64,000 bases of DNA from Alphaproteobacteria bacterium (lineage in GTDB: Bacteria; Pseudomonadota; Alphaproteobacteria; UBA828), in the NCBI GenBank assembly GCA_963422645.2, contig CAXXVO010000002.1, forward strand, positions 32,001 through 96,000. Reading direction: 5' to 3'. This document shows, piece by piece, positions 9,237-18,429 of this stretch (positions are counted from its first letter, which is position 1; every line of letters begins with the position of its first letter). The position numbers were made by a program, and so were the translations under genes. Below the pieces are notes generated by a model. The model searched no databases. It saw only the letters and a list, made by a program, of their open reading frames with translations, and was not told the DNA's origin.

Positions 9237-11750
9237 TTAGAGGTCCGGGAGGTAGTAGGCGACGAGCAATCTCGTGAGGATTTCGCCACGGAGCGCCAAA
9301 CGATCAACATCCTCTTTTGGCATGGCTGCGAAGTCGGTTGGGTAGTGCCGGACCTCGTCGCGTGTTGGGAGGTCCGCTGGAATCCAGGGCAAGGCATTGT
9401 CCTTCTGTCCGAGATAGGCCAACGCGAAGCCCGAGAGTTTTCCGTCGTCAGCAAAGTAGTGCAGGCGTTTTCGAGTAGCGTCCTGGACCTTGCGAAAGAC
9501 TGTGAGAAAGGACCGGTACATCCTAGTAGGCCAGCGGGTCGGGTAGCTGTCGGCGTCGAATAGGCCCGCGCCAGCGTCGCAACAAATGATGTACTCGGGG
9601 TCGAAAACATTCGTGCTGATAGAAGCTATCCGCCCAGGCTCCATCGGGTTAACGCCCAGATTCTCGAATACTCCACCATCGGTGAGCAGAACACGAGTCG
9701 GCGTACTGGTTTTCCCGTTCTTGACAAAGCGGTACTTGCGTTCAAGTGCAGGCAGAAAGACCGGATAGGCTGCCGAAGCGGCCACGGCATCGGCGACCAG
9801 AGCGTCTTCGGGGGCAATCGTTCCAAAACGCCAACAGCCGCTATGCCGACTTCCGAACCGGAATGCGGATCCGGTTCGCAGCTCGGTGGCATTGATAACC
9901 GTATCGAGCGATTCCCGGGAGACTTCGCGCACAATGGTATCGCCGAACATGGATTGAGCGATGACTTCCTTGAACGCCTCCGTGCGGCTGAACGTGCGCT
10001 CCACCGGCTGACTCACGCGATCAGGGTTGTTCGATGGGATCGCGACGCGAGCCAGGCGATGAAGTATGCGGGCGATGAAGCACAGACACGCGACAAAATG
10101 AACTCTGACAACCTTGCGGATGGAGCCCTGTAGAAACACCTGGCGAAAGATGTCGCGGTGAAGTCCTTTGTCCAGAAGCTGTAGTGCGCGCGCTTCAAAC
10201 TCCGGGAACGGATCGTCTGAATAGGCATACATTGCGGAGATCACAGAACCGCCAGACACACTCGAAATCACCTGGAGGCGATCAAGCAAATCCAGGTCGT
10301 GCAGAGCACGCAGACATCCCAGGTGAAACGCGATGGCGCGCGATCCCCCGCCGGAGAGCGCGAGCCCCACATTTCTCGGCTTCTGGAGGCGTGGCCCAAG
10401 CTGCGTCGTTGCTGCTGTGTTTCGTTCAATTCGAATGAAATTCTTGTCGGACAGTGTTGTCCTGAATGCATGCGCGCCAAGAATTGGATCGTCGGGATTC
10501 CCGGAGAGGATCAGGATCAAGCAGGTTCTTCGGGCGGAGACCGGGTCGGCTAGGAGCTGTGCGACGGCATCAATGTCGATATCGCTTGGGTGCGGCGAGG
10601 ACGAGGGGTGGGTATGCCAACTGCCGACGCAATCGACCGATCCGCGGAACCGGTCGCGCTTACTTTCGGCAGCCTCTATCATCCCTTTGACTCCGCAGGT
10701 GAAGTGCTCCTCGCTTGCGTCGCTGTCTGGCGGCGGTCCCTCCACCTCCGTGACCCAAAGCACGCCCGCGGCTTCGTTCAACTCACCAAATACCAGCCCG
10801 CCGGTCTCAATTCCTGGTCCCACCGTTCGCGCAGATCGTCTTGCCCATCCGCGCATTTCTCGCGCAGCAGTCGCAGATACCCGGACCGAATAGCCGCGCC
10901 CCTCGTCCCTGAGAGTATGTTCCGGGGGCCACGAAAACTCATGGACAGGTCCGGATTCTTCGCAAGTCCAGCCAAAGCCCGTGTGGCAGTCATCGGTCCC
11001 TTGGATCGCACGAGCGATAGAATTCAGCATGCGCGCTGACAGTCCTGCGAGATCGGCGTTGGAACCGATGAACGTCGGCTCCGAACAGCCAGGTTCTGGT
11101 TGAAATTCCTCGCCTGGCGCCGATCGCGGCCAGAAAGCCTGAAGCGGTCTCGCGAGCTGCGCACTTCGACACGCTTCGAGTTTGAGGCACCGAGTCAGGT
11201 CGAGCGTGCCGCCGCTATGGTTCCCTCGCGAAAGAGTAGCAATGCCGTTGGCGGCCTGACTGTCGATGGCGATGGATGCAATTGGAGGTCGCGTGTCCGG
11301 GGCGTCGCGTAGCACATGCTCCAGGGCCGTCCGAACCGCCATTGAGGCCGTGCAATCGAGCAGAAGGTCGACCATCGGAAGTGGATCGGCGCCTGTTACT
11401 CGTTGAATAAGGTCGCCGGTCGAAGCGACAGCTTCCAGATCGGGATCGATCCTTTTCAAGCGATCGGCCAGCGCGTGAGCCTTGAACCTTCCGATATCGG
11501 CGTCTTCAAAGCCTTGTCGTACTAGGAGACCGGGGGCGACCGTCTTGTTGTCTACAAGCTCTACCGTTCTGGCACCGGCCCGTACGACGCTTTCCGCCAC
11601 GTGGGTCCCTACAGCGCCGCATCCCCAAATCGCCACACGCTTACCGGAAAACCAAGCCATGGGGGATGCTTGATCCCGCCTCCTGGTGACCTCAGGACGC
11701 ATTTCCCTGACTCTGCACCAACCCACATCGGCCAAGACCGACCATTCCAC
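9237..11750 (-). CDS. ThiF/E1 + JAB/MPN peptidase + patatin phospholipase fusion (probably the 3' part of an E2-E1-JAB-patatin gene frameshifted at about 11770)
   Basis: E1: VAIWGCGAVG, VD..TV...LVRQ, DCTAS, PEPGCSEPTF. JAB: ETGG...GSWHTHP......SDID. Patatin: LALSGGGSRA, SSVSGGS, DGGV. Confidence 0.88.
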   Translation of the reverse strand: MEWSVLADVGWCRVREMRPEVTRRRDQASPMAWFSGKRVAIWGCGAVGTHVAESVVRAGARTVELVDNKTVAPGLLVRQGFEDADIGRFKAHALADRLKRIDPDLEAVASTGDLIQRVTGADPLPMVDLLLDCTASMAVRTALEHVLRDAPDTRPPIASIAIDSQAANGIATLSRGNHSGGTLDLTRCLKLEACRSAQLARPLQAFWPRSAPGEEFQPEPGCSEPTFIGSNADLAGLSARMLNSIARAIQGTDDCHTGFGWTCEESGPVHEFSWPPEHTLRDEGRGYSVRVSATAAREMRGWARRSARTVGPGIETGGLVFGELNEAAGVLWVTEVEGPPPDSDASEEHFTCGVKGMIEAAESKRDRFRGSVDCVGSWHTHPSSSPHPSDIDIDAVAQLLADPVSARRTCLILILSGNPDDPILGAHAFRTTLSDKNFIRIERNTAATTQLGPRLQKPRNVGLALSGGGSRAIAFHLGCLRALHDLDLLDRLQVISSVSGGSVISAMYAYSDDPFPEFEARALQLLDKGLHRDIFRQVFLQGSIRKVVRVHFVACLCFIARILHRLARVAIPSNNPDRVSQPVERTFSRTEAFKEVIAQSMFGDTIVREVSRESLDTVINATELRTGSAFRFGSRHSGCWRFGTIAPEDALVADAVAASAAYPVFLPALERKYRFVKNGKTSTPTRVLLTDGGVFENLGVNPMEPGRIASISTNVFDPEYIICCDAGAGLFDADSYPTRWPTRMYRSFLTVFRKVQDATRKRLHYFADDGKLSGFALAYLGQKDNALPWIPADLPTRDEVRHYPTDFAAMPKEDVDRLALRGEILTRLLVAYYLPDL

Positions 11751-11758
11751 GACCGCAA

Positions 11759-12655
11759 CTATCGCTGCACAGCCCGTTGTGCTGGATCATCGGCTGACGA
11801 CGAGACATTCAGCTCTCGCAGCTTGTCTGCGTCGGCAGTAGCGATTTCCCATACTGCGAGATGCTGAAGGGCTCGACCGCCCGGGTCTATTCGGCGCATC
11901 GGGGTACCGAGCACTACGGCCAGCGGGGTCACGGCGCCGCTGTTTCGCGCGTACAGCCCGAGTTGGCGGATGAACGGACCGTAGTCGAGACCGTGAGATT
12001 CCAGCTCTTTCAATAGGGAGTGGACAGTCTTTGGGTATTCGAAAGGCAGGTTCCTATGGAGCAAGATTGCGGGAGCGAAGTGGGCCGGCAGTTCATGACC
12101 ATGCTCCTGCCAGCCGACGATTTCGGTGCGATGGTGTCGTTCACGTAGTTCCGCCAACCCGAACCAAGGCGAGTCGTCAACCGGAGGAGTATCCGCCCTC
12201 GGCACAAATAAGCGGTCAACGATTGGATAGGCGACCGGCGGATGGAGTGGCGCGTCGTCGGGATCGAGGTTGTTGACTGCTGCGTCACGTATCCAGGAGT
12301 CTAACCGCTTGACAAAGCCGTACATCCCGTTTTCCGGGCGCCAGTCGGCGGAACTCCCGTAGAGGCAGAGTTGCCTCCGCCACTGGACGTGATTGAAGCC
12401 GGAGAAGCGAACATGCGGAGTCACGACCAGTGGATGCTCGAACGGGAAGGTAGGAGGTACGAGCACGCAGAAAGCCTCACGTGCTCGCACCGGTAGCCCA
12501 TCCTCGCCCCGCTCCAGGCCGTCGAATCGAATGCTTATCTCGAACAGGCGATAGGCGTCGACAAGCTGAGTGGCTTCGTAGAGCTGTACGGTGCCGTCCG
12601 AGGCATCCGCAATCTCCCTAAGCTGTTCCCAGGCGAGTTCGAAGGCATCGGCCAT
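11759..12655 (-). CDS. Prokaryotic E2 (UBC-like) domain protein, 5' part of the frameshifted fusion
   Basis: VPPTFPFEHP...HVQW.RQLCLY...DWRP...FVKRL..W (E2 with Cys in LCLY). TGATG coupling to the upstream MBL. Confidence 0.8.
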   Translation of the reverse strand: MADAFELAWEQLREIADASDGTVQLYEATQLVDAYRLFEISIRFDGLERGEDGLPVRAREAFCVLVPPTFPFEHPLVVTPHVRFSGFNHVQWRRQLCLYGSSADWRPENGMYGFVKRLDSWIRDAAVNNLDPDDAPLHPPVAYPIVDRLFVPRADTPPVDDSPWFGLAELRERHHRTEIVGWQEHGHELPAHFAPAILLHRNLPFEYPKTVHSLLKELESHGLDYGPFIRQLGLYARNSGAVTPLAVVLGTPMRRIDPGGRALQHLAVWEIATADADKLRELNVSSSADDPAQRAVQR

Positions 12656-13779
12656 CAGGCCCGGCCGTACGTGTGAGCACTTTCGGGAGCTTCGTTTGAG
12701 CCCTTCGCTGCATCGGCGGCTTCCGAAGCGGTCATGGCGGCGGTCGCCACGCCGGCGAGCACGATCTTTCCATCCTTAAGTTCAGCCATGATCGGCTCGT
12801 CCTGATCCATTGTGCAAAGAAAGGACTCGGTGGTCGACTCGTACTGCGTCTTGGCCTTTGCATGGGGAGGGTTGTCACCGGCCTTGTTGGAGGACGGTAC
12901 CGTATTGGAGCTGGATATGACCCGATTGGGTTTCAAAGACGCCTTCTCCATTTCCTCAACGATGTGCTTCTTGAGCTTCTCCTCGTCGTCCCCTTCCTCC
13001 TTCCAGTACATCGCGGCCTTTGAGCAGTGGTGCGGTGCCAGCAGCACGTTCCATGCGAGATCGTCGTCTTCGTTGACGCCAAATATTCTCTTGATGATCG
13101 GGTAGGAAAGATCACCGAGGAGCAGCGCGCGCAGTATCTTGTCTCCGTCGTAAAGCGTGACCTGCATGCCGAGGCTCGTGTCGTTCCGCTCGCCGGCGTC
13201 ATCGTCCTTGAACGGGGCATGGACAAATGCCCGGAACTTGTCAGACACGTCCTTTTCGTCAATCGTGGTCACTTCGTTACCCGGTATCGTCAACCGATCT
13301 TCCGGAAAATCCTTGTAATCGTCCTCTTCCAGCAACTCCGAGTAGCCGAAAATACGCACGCGGTCGCCGGCGCCTGGATCGCCCTTGGCCTCGATCGTCT
13401 TCTTGACGCGCCGTTCCGCCTCCTTCTTGAAATCCTTCGCGTCGTCGCAGAGATCCTTATTATACTCGGCAAAGATTCTGGGCGTGAACCACAACTCGCC
13501 AATATCTACCTTGTCGAGGAGGTCCGAGAAACCCCGGCAATGGTCCTGATCAGGGTGAGTCAGAGCAAACACGGCCAGGTACGGTCGTCCATTGACCTTG
13601 GGCAACCGTTCTGAGAGCTCATCGACAACGGCCCAGCTGGCATCGTCGTCGTCGTCGGACTTTTGCAGATGATTGAGATCAACCTGCAGATACGTCTTCG
13701 AGTCGACAACAATGGATGTGCTGTCGCCATTTGCCACCGGCCAGAAGACCAGTCCGCGGTCAGGAAGTTCGAAGGCCAT
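12655..13779 (-). CDS. Metallo-beta-lactamase-fold hydrolase with a low-complexity C-terminal tail
   Basis: FWPVANGDST, LTHPDQDH, LLGD, APHHCS, ISSS. Ala-rich tail ending SAHTYGRA. Confidence 0.85.
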   Translation of the reverse strand: MAFELPDRGLVFWPVANGDSTSIVVDSKTYLQVDLNHLQKSDDDDDASWAVVDELSERLPKVNGRPYLAVFALTHPDQDHCRGFSDLLDKVDIGELWFTPRIFAEYNKDLCDDAKDFKKEAERRVKKTIEAKGDPGAGDRVRIFGYSELLEEDDYKDFPEDRLTIPGNEVTTIDEKDVSDKFRAFVHAPFKDDDAGERNDTSLGMQVTLYDGDKILRALLLGDLSYPIIKRIFGVNEDDDLAWNVLLAPHHCSKAAMYWKEEGDDEEKLKKHIVEEMEKASLKPNRVISSSNTVPSSNKAGDNPPHAKAKTQYESTTESFLCTMDQDEPIMAELKDGKIVLAGVATAAMTASEAADAAKGSNEAPESAHTYGRA

Positions 13780-13874
13780 GTTTCATGCTCCGTTTGGTTT
13801 TGGTTTTCGTGTTTGGCAAGGTTGATGCAGTGCTGACTTGAACGCGGTCTAATGGTTTCGGGAAGCAAAGATCA

Positions 13875-15755
13875 TCATCGTACACACCGTGTGACAAACC
13901 CATTGCCGCCGCGTGCTGTAAGCAACGACACGCCATCTTCGATGTTTGTTTGAAAGACTTGTCGAGCTACTTTGCCGTACAGCTTGACTGCCTTTGCGTC
14001 TGGATGCCCGTATTGATTGTCGACCCCGGCGCTGATCAAGACCGTGTCCGGGGACACAAGTAGCGCCATTTTGGGATGAGCCGCATTCTTTGAGCCGTGA
14101 TGCGGGGCACTCAAGACGTCGGAAGAAAGACTATTTCCGAACAATCTGGTTAACCGCTTATGCACATGGCTCCGGTTCGATCAACATGCTGTAGGTAAGG
14201 GGTTTTGCATTGGTGGCGATGCGGAAGAGCGAGCGGAAAGCAGCGTGGCGGGTTTTGCGGCGGTTGAAGCGAAAGGCGAACTCATCGAGATAGGCCTGCA
14301 GATGCTTGCGGCGCAGCCCGTGGTAGACGCCTCGCGCCCATCCTTTGAGGTTGGAGAAGACTTGGTGGATCCACGGCAGGACGAGGTGAGCGGCGGTCTT
14401 CCCGACGACATGGACATTGTGGCGATCGGCGGGGACCGCAGCGTAGCCGGACCAGCCGTCGGTTTTCGCGATGGCGTCGGGATCGGCGGCGGTTTCGACG
14501 AAGTGTCCGAGGTCGGCGGCGCCGTAGGAGGAGATTTCGGCCAGCCGCAGGCGGCCCGGGATGGTTCCATCCCCCAGTTCGATGGCGCCGACGATGAGCA
14601 TCTTGCCGTCGTGGCTGCGTCCTTGCCCTCCGGTGGGAGGATCGTCTTTGGTCCGGAATGGAAGGCTGGCCTCGTCGATTTCCACCAGGCCCGACAACGG
14701 GTTGCGCTCGGGGTCGACCATGCTGGCGCGCAGCTTGTGGGCGAGCAGCCAAGCGCTGCGGTAAGAGCCGATACCGAGCTGTTTCTGGAGCTGCAGGGCA
14801 GAGATGCCGTTGGAGTGGGTCGCCATCAGGTAGGCGGCCCAGAACCAGACGGTGAGCGGCAGCTTGCTGGCGTGCAGGATCGTCCCGGCCGTCACCGAGG
14901 TCTGCCGGCGGCAGCCGGCGCACTCGAAGGTGTGTGCTTTTCTGCGCAGCGCCCATCCCTTTTCATGGCCGCACGCGGGACAGACGAAGCCGTCCGGCCA
15001 GCGCATTTCGATCAGCCAGGCGGCGCAGGCGTCATCGTCCGGGAACATGTGCTGGAAGGCGAGGAGGCTGTCGGCGACCTGTTTCATGTGGTGGCTCCGT
15101 CGGCAGGAACGTATAGGCAACATTCTACCCGTTCTCCCGCCCTAACCTCAACCTCAACATCTGGTGGCAAACTCTCGCGACCGGAGCCATGTGCATAAGC
15201 GGTTCTGGTTATTGTGTCCCAGCGGTCGTTTTCCGTATCTCCCGTTATCAGATAAGGAAACCCATTCCCGCCAATTCCCGACAACTTGAGGACTATGCTA
15301 CAGTTGTTGGAATTATCCATGTCTTCACTATGCGGAGAAAACAGCTCATAGGAAAAATACTTGGAAAGCCCATTCAGTTTTCGCGAATGGAGGTCCAACC
15401 GTACCGAGAGCTTCTTTAGGGGCTTTCCTGTATTCCTTCGCCGGCGCTCATGCTTGTTGATAACCTTGAACACGTCGGTGGCATTATCGGTATCCTTGTA
15501 ATACTTCGGATACATGATCCAATTGGGTTTGTACTCTCCCAGAATGTTGTCAACCCCATACGGGTCAGCATGGTCGTTATCGAACCCTGTCAATACGAGG
15601 CCCGCTAAGTCCTGATTGCGGAGAAACACCTGCAATTGCTTCTCGATTGCTTTAGCGTGTTCGTCGGGCCAGCGCGAATCGACGATCACGGCTTCTCCGC
15701 GGTGGCGGATGGCGATCAACTCACCCTGTCCTACGTATACCGTCAGCGTCTGCAT
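13875..15755 (-). pseudogene. ComEC/Rec2-like MBL-fold protein split by an IS1595 insertion
   Basis: 5' part: MQTLTVYVGQGE, TGFDNDH, NSNNCSIVL, ITGDTE..RWDTITR. 3' part: LFGNSL..DVL.APHHGS, ISAG..NQYGHP. Removing the IS and one TSD copy rejoins the halves in frame. Confidence 0.88.
14153..15203 (-). mobile_element. IS1595-family element, complete; transposase at about 14158-15087
   Basis: Perfect 24-bp TIRs ACCGCTTATGCACATGGCTCCGGT and 8-bp TSD TCTGGTTA (14145-14152, 15204-15211). CPAC/CAGC, VEIDE, KTDGW, EFAFRFNRR. Confidence 0.95.
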
Positions 15756-15757
15756 TG

Positions 15758-16684
15758 CTATTGCCCACTCCGTTCGCTGATGGCCCAATACAGCGATTGG
15801 TTCAATTCTCTCTCGAACGCACTCACCGCCTGTGCCGCAGACCCGAACTGCCGTCCGCTGAAGTCCTCGTAGACCCCTGCGCACACGCTTGGCAGCTTCT
15901 TGGCCAGAACTTGGTAATAGGAAGCCTCTCCGTCCTCCGATGTGTCTATTTCGGGGACCGTGACATCTATCGATGACCCGTCAACCAGTTCCAGCTCTCC
16001 CTTCCAATACAGAGTGCCGGCGCGTTTCGACCAGTACGGCTGAAGCGACGGGAAGAGGTCTGGAATGGTCGCACTATCCCTGGTCCGGACTTCCTTGCTG
16101 TGCCCCGCCTCTGTCTTGCTCAGCTCCGGCCTCGATCCAAGGGGCCAAACGGGTGCGTCTCTCGTAAGGGTGACTTTCGCGGGTTCGACCTCGTAAACGG
16201 CATCGTCACCCCGTAACAGGATGTAGTGCCTGACGCTGTAGCGTGACGCCGCCTCTCCACCAGCCAGCCGGGAAACGACGAGTAGTGCATAAAAGAAATC
16301 AAGGTTGTGCTTTTCGTGATTCACTATCCTTCTGTAGGTTGCAATGTCGCCGCCGCTGAGGTTTGGAAATCCATTCACATGATGTGTGTGCCAATTGCCA
16401 AGATGCTCAACTTCAGGGCGCGCGCTCTCGATCTGGCGAAATATCTCCGCTTGGTAGTCGCCGTCCTGGAAGAAACTTGTGGTGGACCTCCGCGCATTCG
16501 GTCCAGCCTCGATGACACCGGTAACCGTGACCTCCAATGAGCCATCGGCGCAGCGCCGAAACCGTCCTACGATCCGCCCACCCGTCTCGTCATGGTCATA
16601 ACGATCGCAGTCATCGAAGATCGACTCCAGTACCAGCGAAGGGATCGATAGCGTAGCGTTGGCATCCTTTAGGTCGCTATTCAT
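15758..16684 (-). CDS. JAB/MPN+ metallopeptidase with an additional C-terminal domain
   Basis: DETGG, LGNWHTHH......SGGD (E, HxH, S, D). RBS GGAGG before the ATG at 16684. About 110 extra residues follow. Confidence 0.85.
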   Translation of the reverse strand: MNSDLKDANATLSIPSLVLESIFDDCDRYDHDETGGRIVGRFRRCADGSLEVTVTGVIEAGPNARRSTTSFFQDGDYQAEIFRQIESARPEVEHLGNWHTHHVNGFPNLSGGDIATYRRIVNHEKHNLDFFYALLVVSRLAGGEAASRYSVRHYILLRGDDAVYEVEPAKVTLTRDAPVWPLGSRPELSKTEAGHSKEVRTRDSATIPDLFPSLQPYWSKRAGTLYWKGELELVDGSSIDVTVPEIDTSEDGEASYYQVLAKKLPSVCAGVYEDFSGRQFGSAAQAVSAFERELNQSLYWAISERSGQ

Positions 16685-17519
16685 TGGAACCTCCACAAAC
16701 TAGGCAACCCTCCTGCCGATGCAGGGTGATTCTTTGCAGCTCGAAGCTCTTGCTGAATGGATGTATCGGTCGATTTCCCCAAACCACGTAATTTTCCGGG
16801 ATAGCGGGAAGAAACGCTGGCCGTTGTGGGGCCAGCCGAGCCAAAGCGTCCATCACATAGCGCACGTGAAAAAGCGTGATGAACCCGATGTCTACCGCGA
16901 GGCCTGGGGAATCCTTTATCTCTTGAGGATCCAATCCGTACATTTGCTCCCGGTCTTCTTCGGAAGCGAGATCAATCTCCCTGACACCGTCTCGGAATTT
17001 AGTTCGTTCGAGAACACCCTCCAGACAAGCAAGACACCCACTCTCGCCCGGACGATAACCAAACACCTCTCCGCCAATCCCGCGGGTGAACACTTTTCCG
17101 ACAACGAATGGTGTTTCATTTCGAACACACAATTCGTTCATTTGAAATCGTGTCGGATCATTGTCGGTGGCAAGTACGACGATGTGGGAGCGTTGGACCT
17201 CACTCTCCAAGCCATGCCACTGCATCAGATCTTCTTCGACTTTCAGTACAGAAATATCTGGGTTTCGATCCTTGAGTACGTCTTCCAGTGCATCAACCTT
17301 CTTGCGACCGACAAATCGAAGTCCGCAAACATGCCGAATCACATTTTCGGATTTCATCACGTCTTTATCGATCAACGTGAAGTGTTTGACGCCTGACATG
17401 ACAAGTTGGAGCGCAACCTGGCCCCCGCCAGACCCGCAACCTGCGATGAGTACACGGGATTCGGCGAAGGCCTCGACGTCAAACAGACCTTCAATTCTCG
17501 CAAATAGGTTTTCGTGCAA
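16677..17519 (-). CDS. ThiF/MoeB-family E1 adenylyltransferase
   Basis: TTG start with GGAGG RBS. FARI, LIAGCGSGG, IDKD.....NVIRH, VGRKKV, ATDN, and Zn pairs CLAC and CLVC. Confidence 0.9.
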   Translation of the reverse strand: MHENLFARIEGLFDVEAFAESRVLIAGCGSGGGQVALQLVMSGVKHFTLIDKDVMKSENVIRHVCGLRFVGRKKVDALEDVLKDRNPDISVLKVEEDLMQWHGLESEVQRSHIVVLATDNDPTRFQMNELCVRNETPFVVGKVFTRGIGGEVFGYRPGESGCLACLEGVLERTKFRDGVREIDLASEEDREQMYGLDPQEIKDSPGLAVDIGFITLFHVRYVMDALARLAPQRPAFLPAIPENYVVWGNRPIHPFSKSFELQRITLHRQEGCLVCGGSNE

Positions 17520-17520
17520 T

Positions 17521-18048
17521 TCAGGTGCCCTCCCGCTCGGGCCAATTGCCGGTAGTGGACCACAATGCATAGCCGCTTAGCCATCGCCGACACAGTTTCA
17601 AGGTATGAACCACATCGTGTCGCCCGGGATTCCAGGTTTCCATGGCGCCAAAAATGCAAAGAGAGCCGTCAAGCCAGAGATGAGGAGATGATGGGTCTAT
17701 CGGATCGGCTGTAACCACCGGGGACTTGTTCGGATACCCGTGGGGTAGCGTGATGCATAAACGGATATCCTTCTCTTGGCCTGGTTCAGTAAGAATTAAT
17801 TGTATTTCCCTATTCTCCGTTATAGATACGCGAAATGGTTCACTTTCGGCAGCAAGACCATCAAGTTCCTGCGATATCCTGTTCGGGGAGATATCAGGCA
17901 GGAAGACGGAAATGGGCACCAGACATGCCTTTTGTTGTCCGCTTCTCTCTACAACATAGGCACGACCGCGTACCGCGACGTCATCCAGAATTTCTCCGGG
18001 TCGGCTGCGGAGATCCATCATGGATAGAGGTTGGAAGTCGATGTGCAT
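17521..18048 (-). CDS. Phd/YefM-like domain fused to an E2 (UBC-like) domain
   Basis: N-term SMMDLRSRPGEILDDV...GRAYVVERSGQQKACLVP (Phd/YefM pattern). C-term LPHGYPNKSP...SPHLW.DGSLCIF...WNP...RWL..Y.LW..TGNWP (E2). Confidence 0.75.
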   Translation of the reverse strand: MHIDFQPLSMMDLRSRPGEILDDVAVRGRAYVVERSGQQKACLVPISVFLPDISPNRISQELDGLAAESEPFRVSITENREIQLILTEPGQEKDIRLCITLPHGYPNKSPVVTADPIDPSSPHLWLDGSLCIFGAMETWNPGRHDVVHTLKLCRRWLSGYALWSTTGNWPEREGT

Positions 18049-18054
18049 GGCAGA

Positions 18055-18429
18055 TCAATGGGCAATGCCCGCACCGGGCCAACGACGCTGAACGCAATAG
18101 ACTTCGTATTTGGCTAGCCATTTGGCCGCTCGCGCAATGACGAAGCGGAGGTCATGACGTCCAGGGTTCCAAAAATTCGGATGCAAGTAGCAAAGTTGAT
18201 TATCGGTGTACCGATGAGGGGAGGGTTGCAGCGCAGGTGTCCGGACGAAAACCTGGGGCATCGCATTCGGGTACGACTGCGGGAACGTTACTGCCAGTGT
18301 GTAGTAGCGGAGCGACGTCTGTAGCGCGACCAAAGCCATCAATCCGCCTGCGTTGGTGGGGTGCGCCTCGACGTAGTCGAAGTGCTGCTGCGCGGTCGCA
18401 ATATCCCGTTGGATTCTTGTCAGATTCAC
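18055..18429 (-). CDS. Stand-alone prokaryotic E2 (UBC-like) protein, 124 aa
   Basis: GTG start overlapping the upstream TGA. FPQSYPNAMP.V...SPHRY.DNQLCY....WNP...KWL.KYEVY.....WPG. Confidence 0.8.
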   Translation of the reverse strand: MNLTRIQRDIATAQQHFDYVEAHPTNAGGLMALVALQTSLRYYTLAVTFPQSYPNAMPQVFVRTPALQPSPHRYTDNQLCYLHPNFWNPGRHDLRFVIARAAKWLAKYEVYCVQRRWPGAGIAH

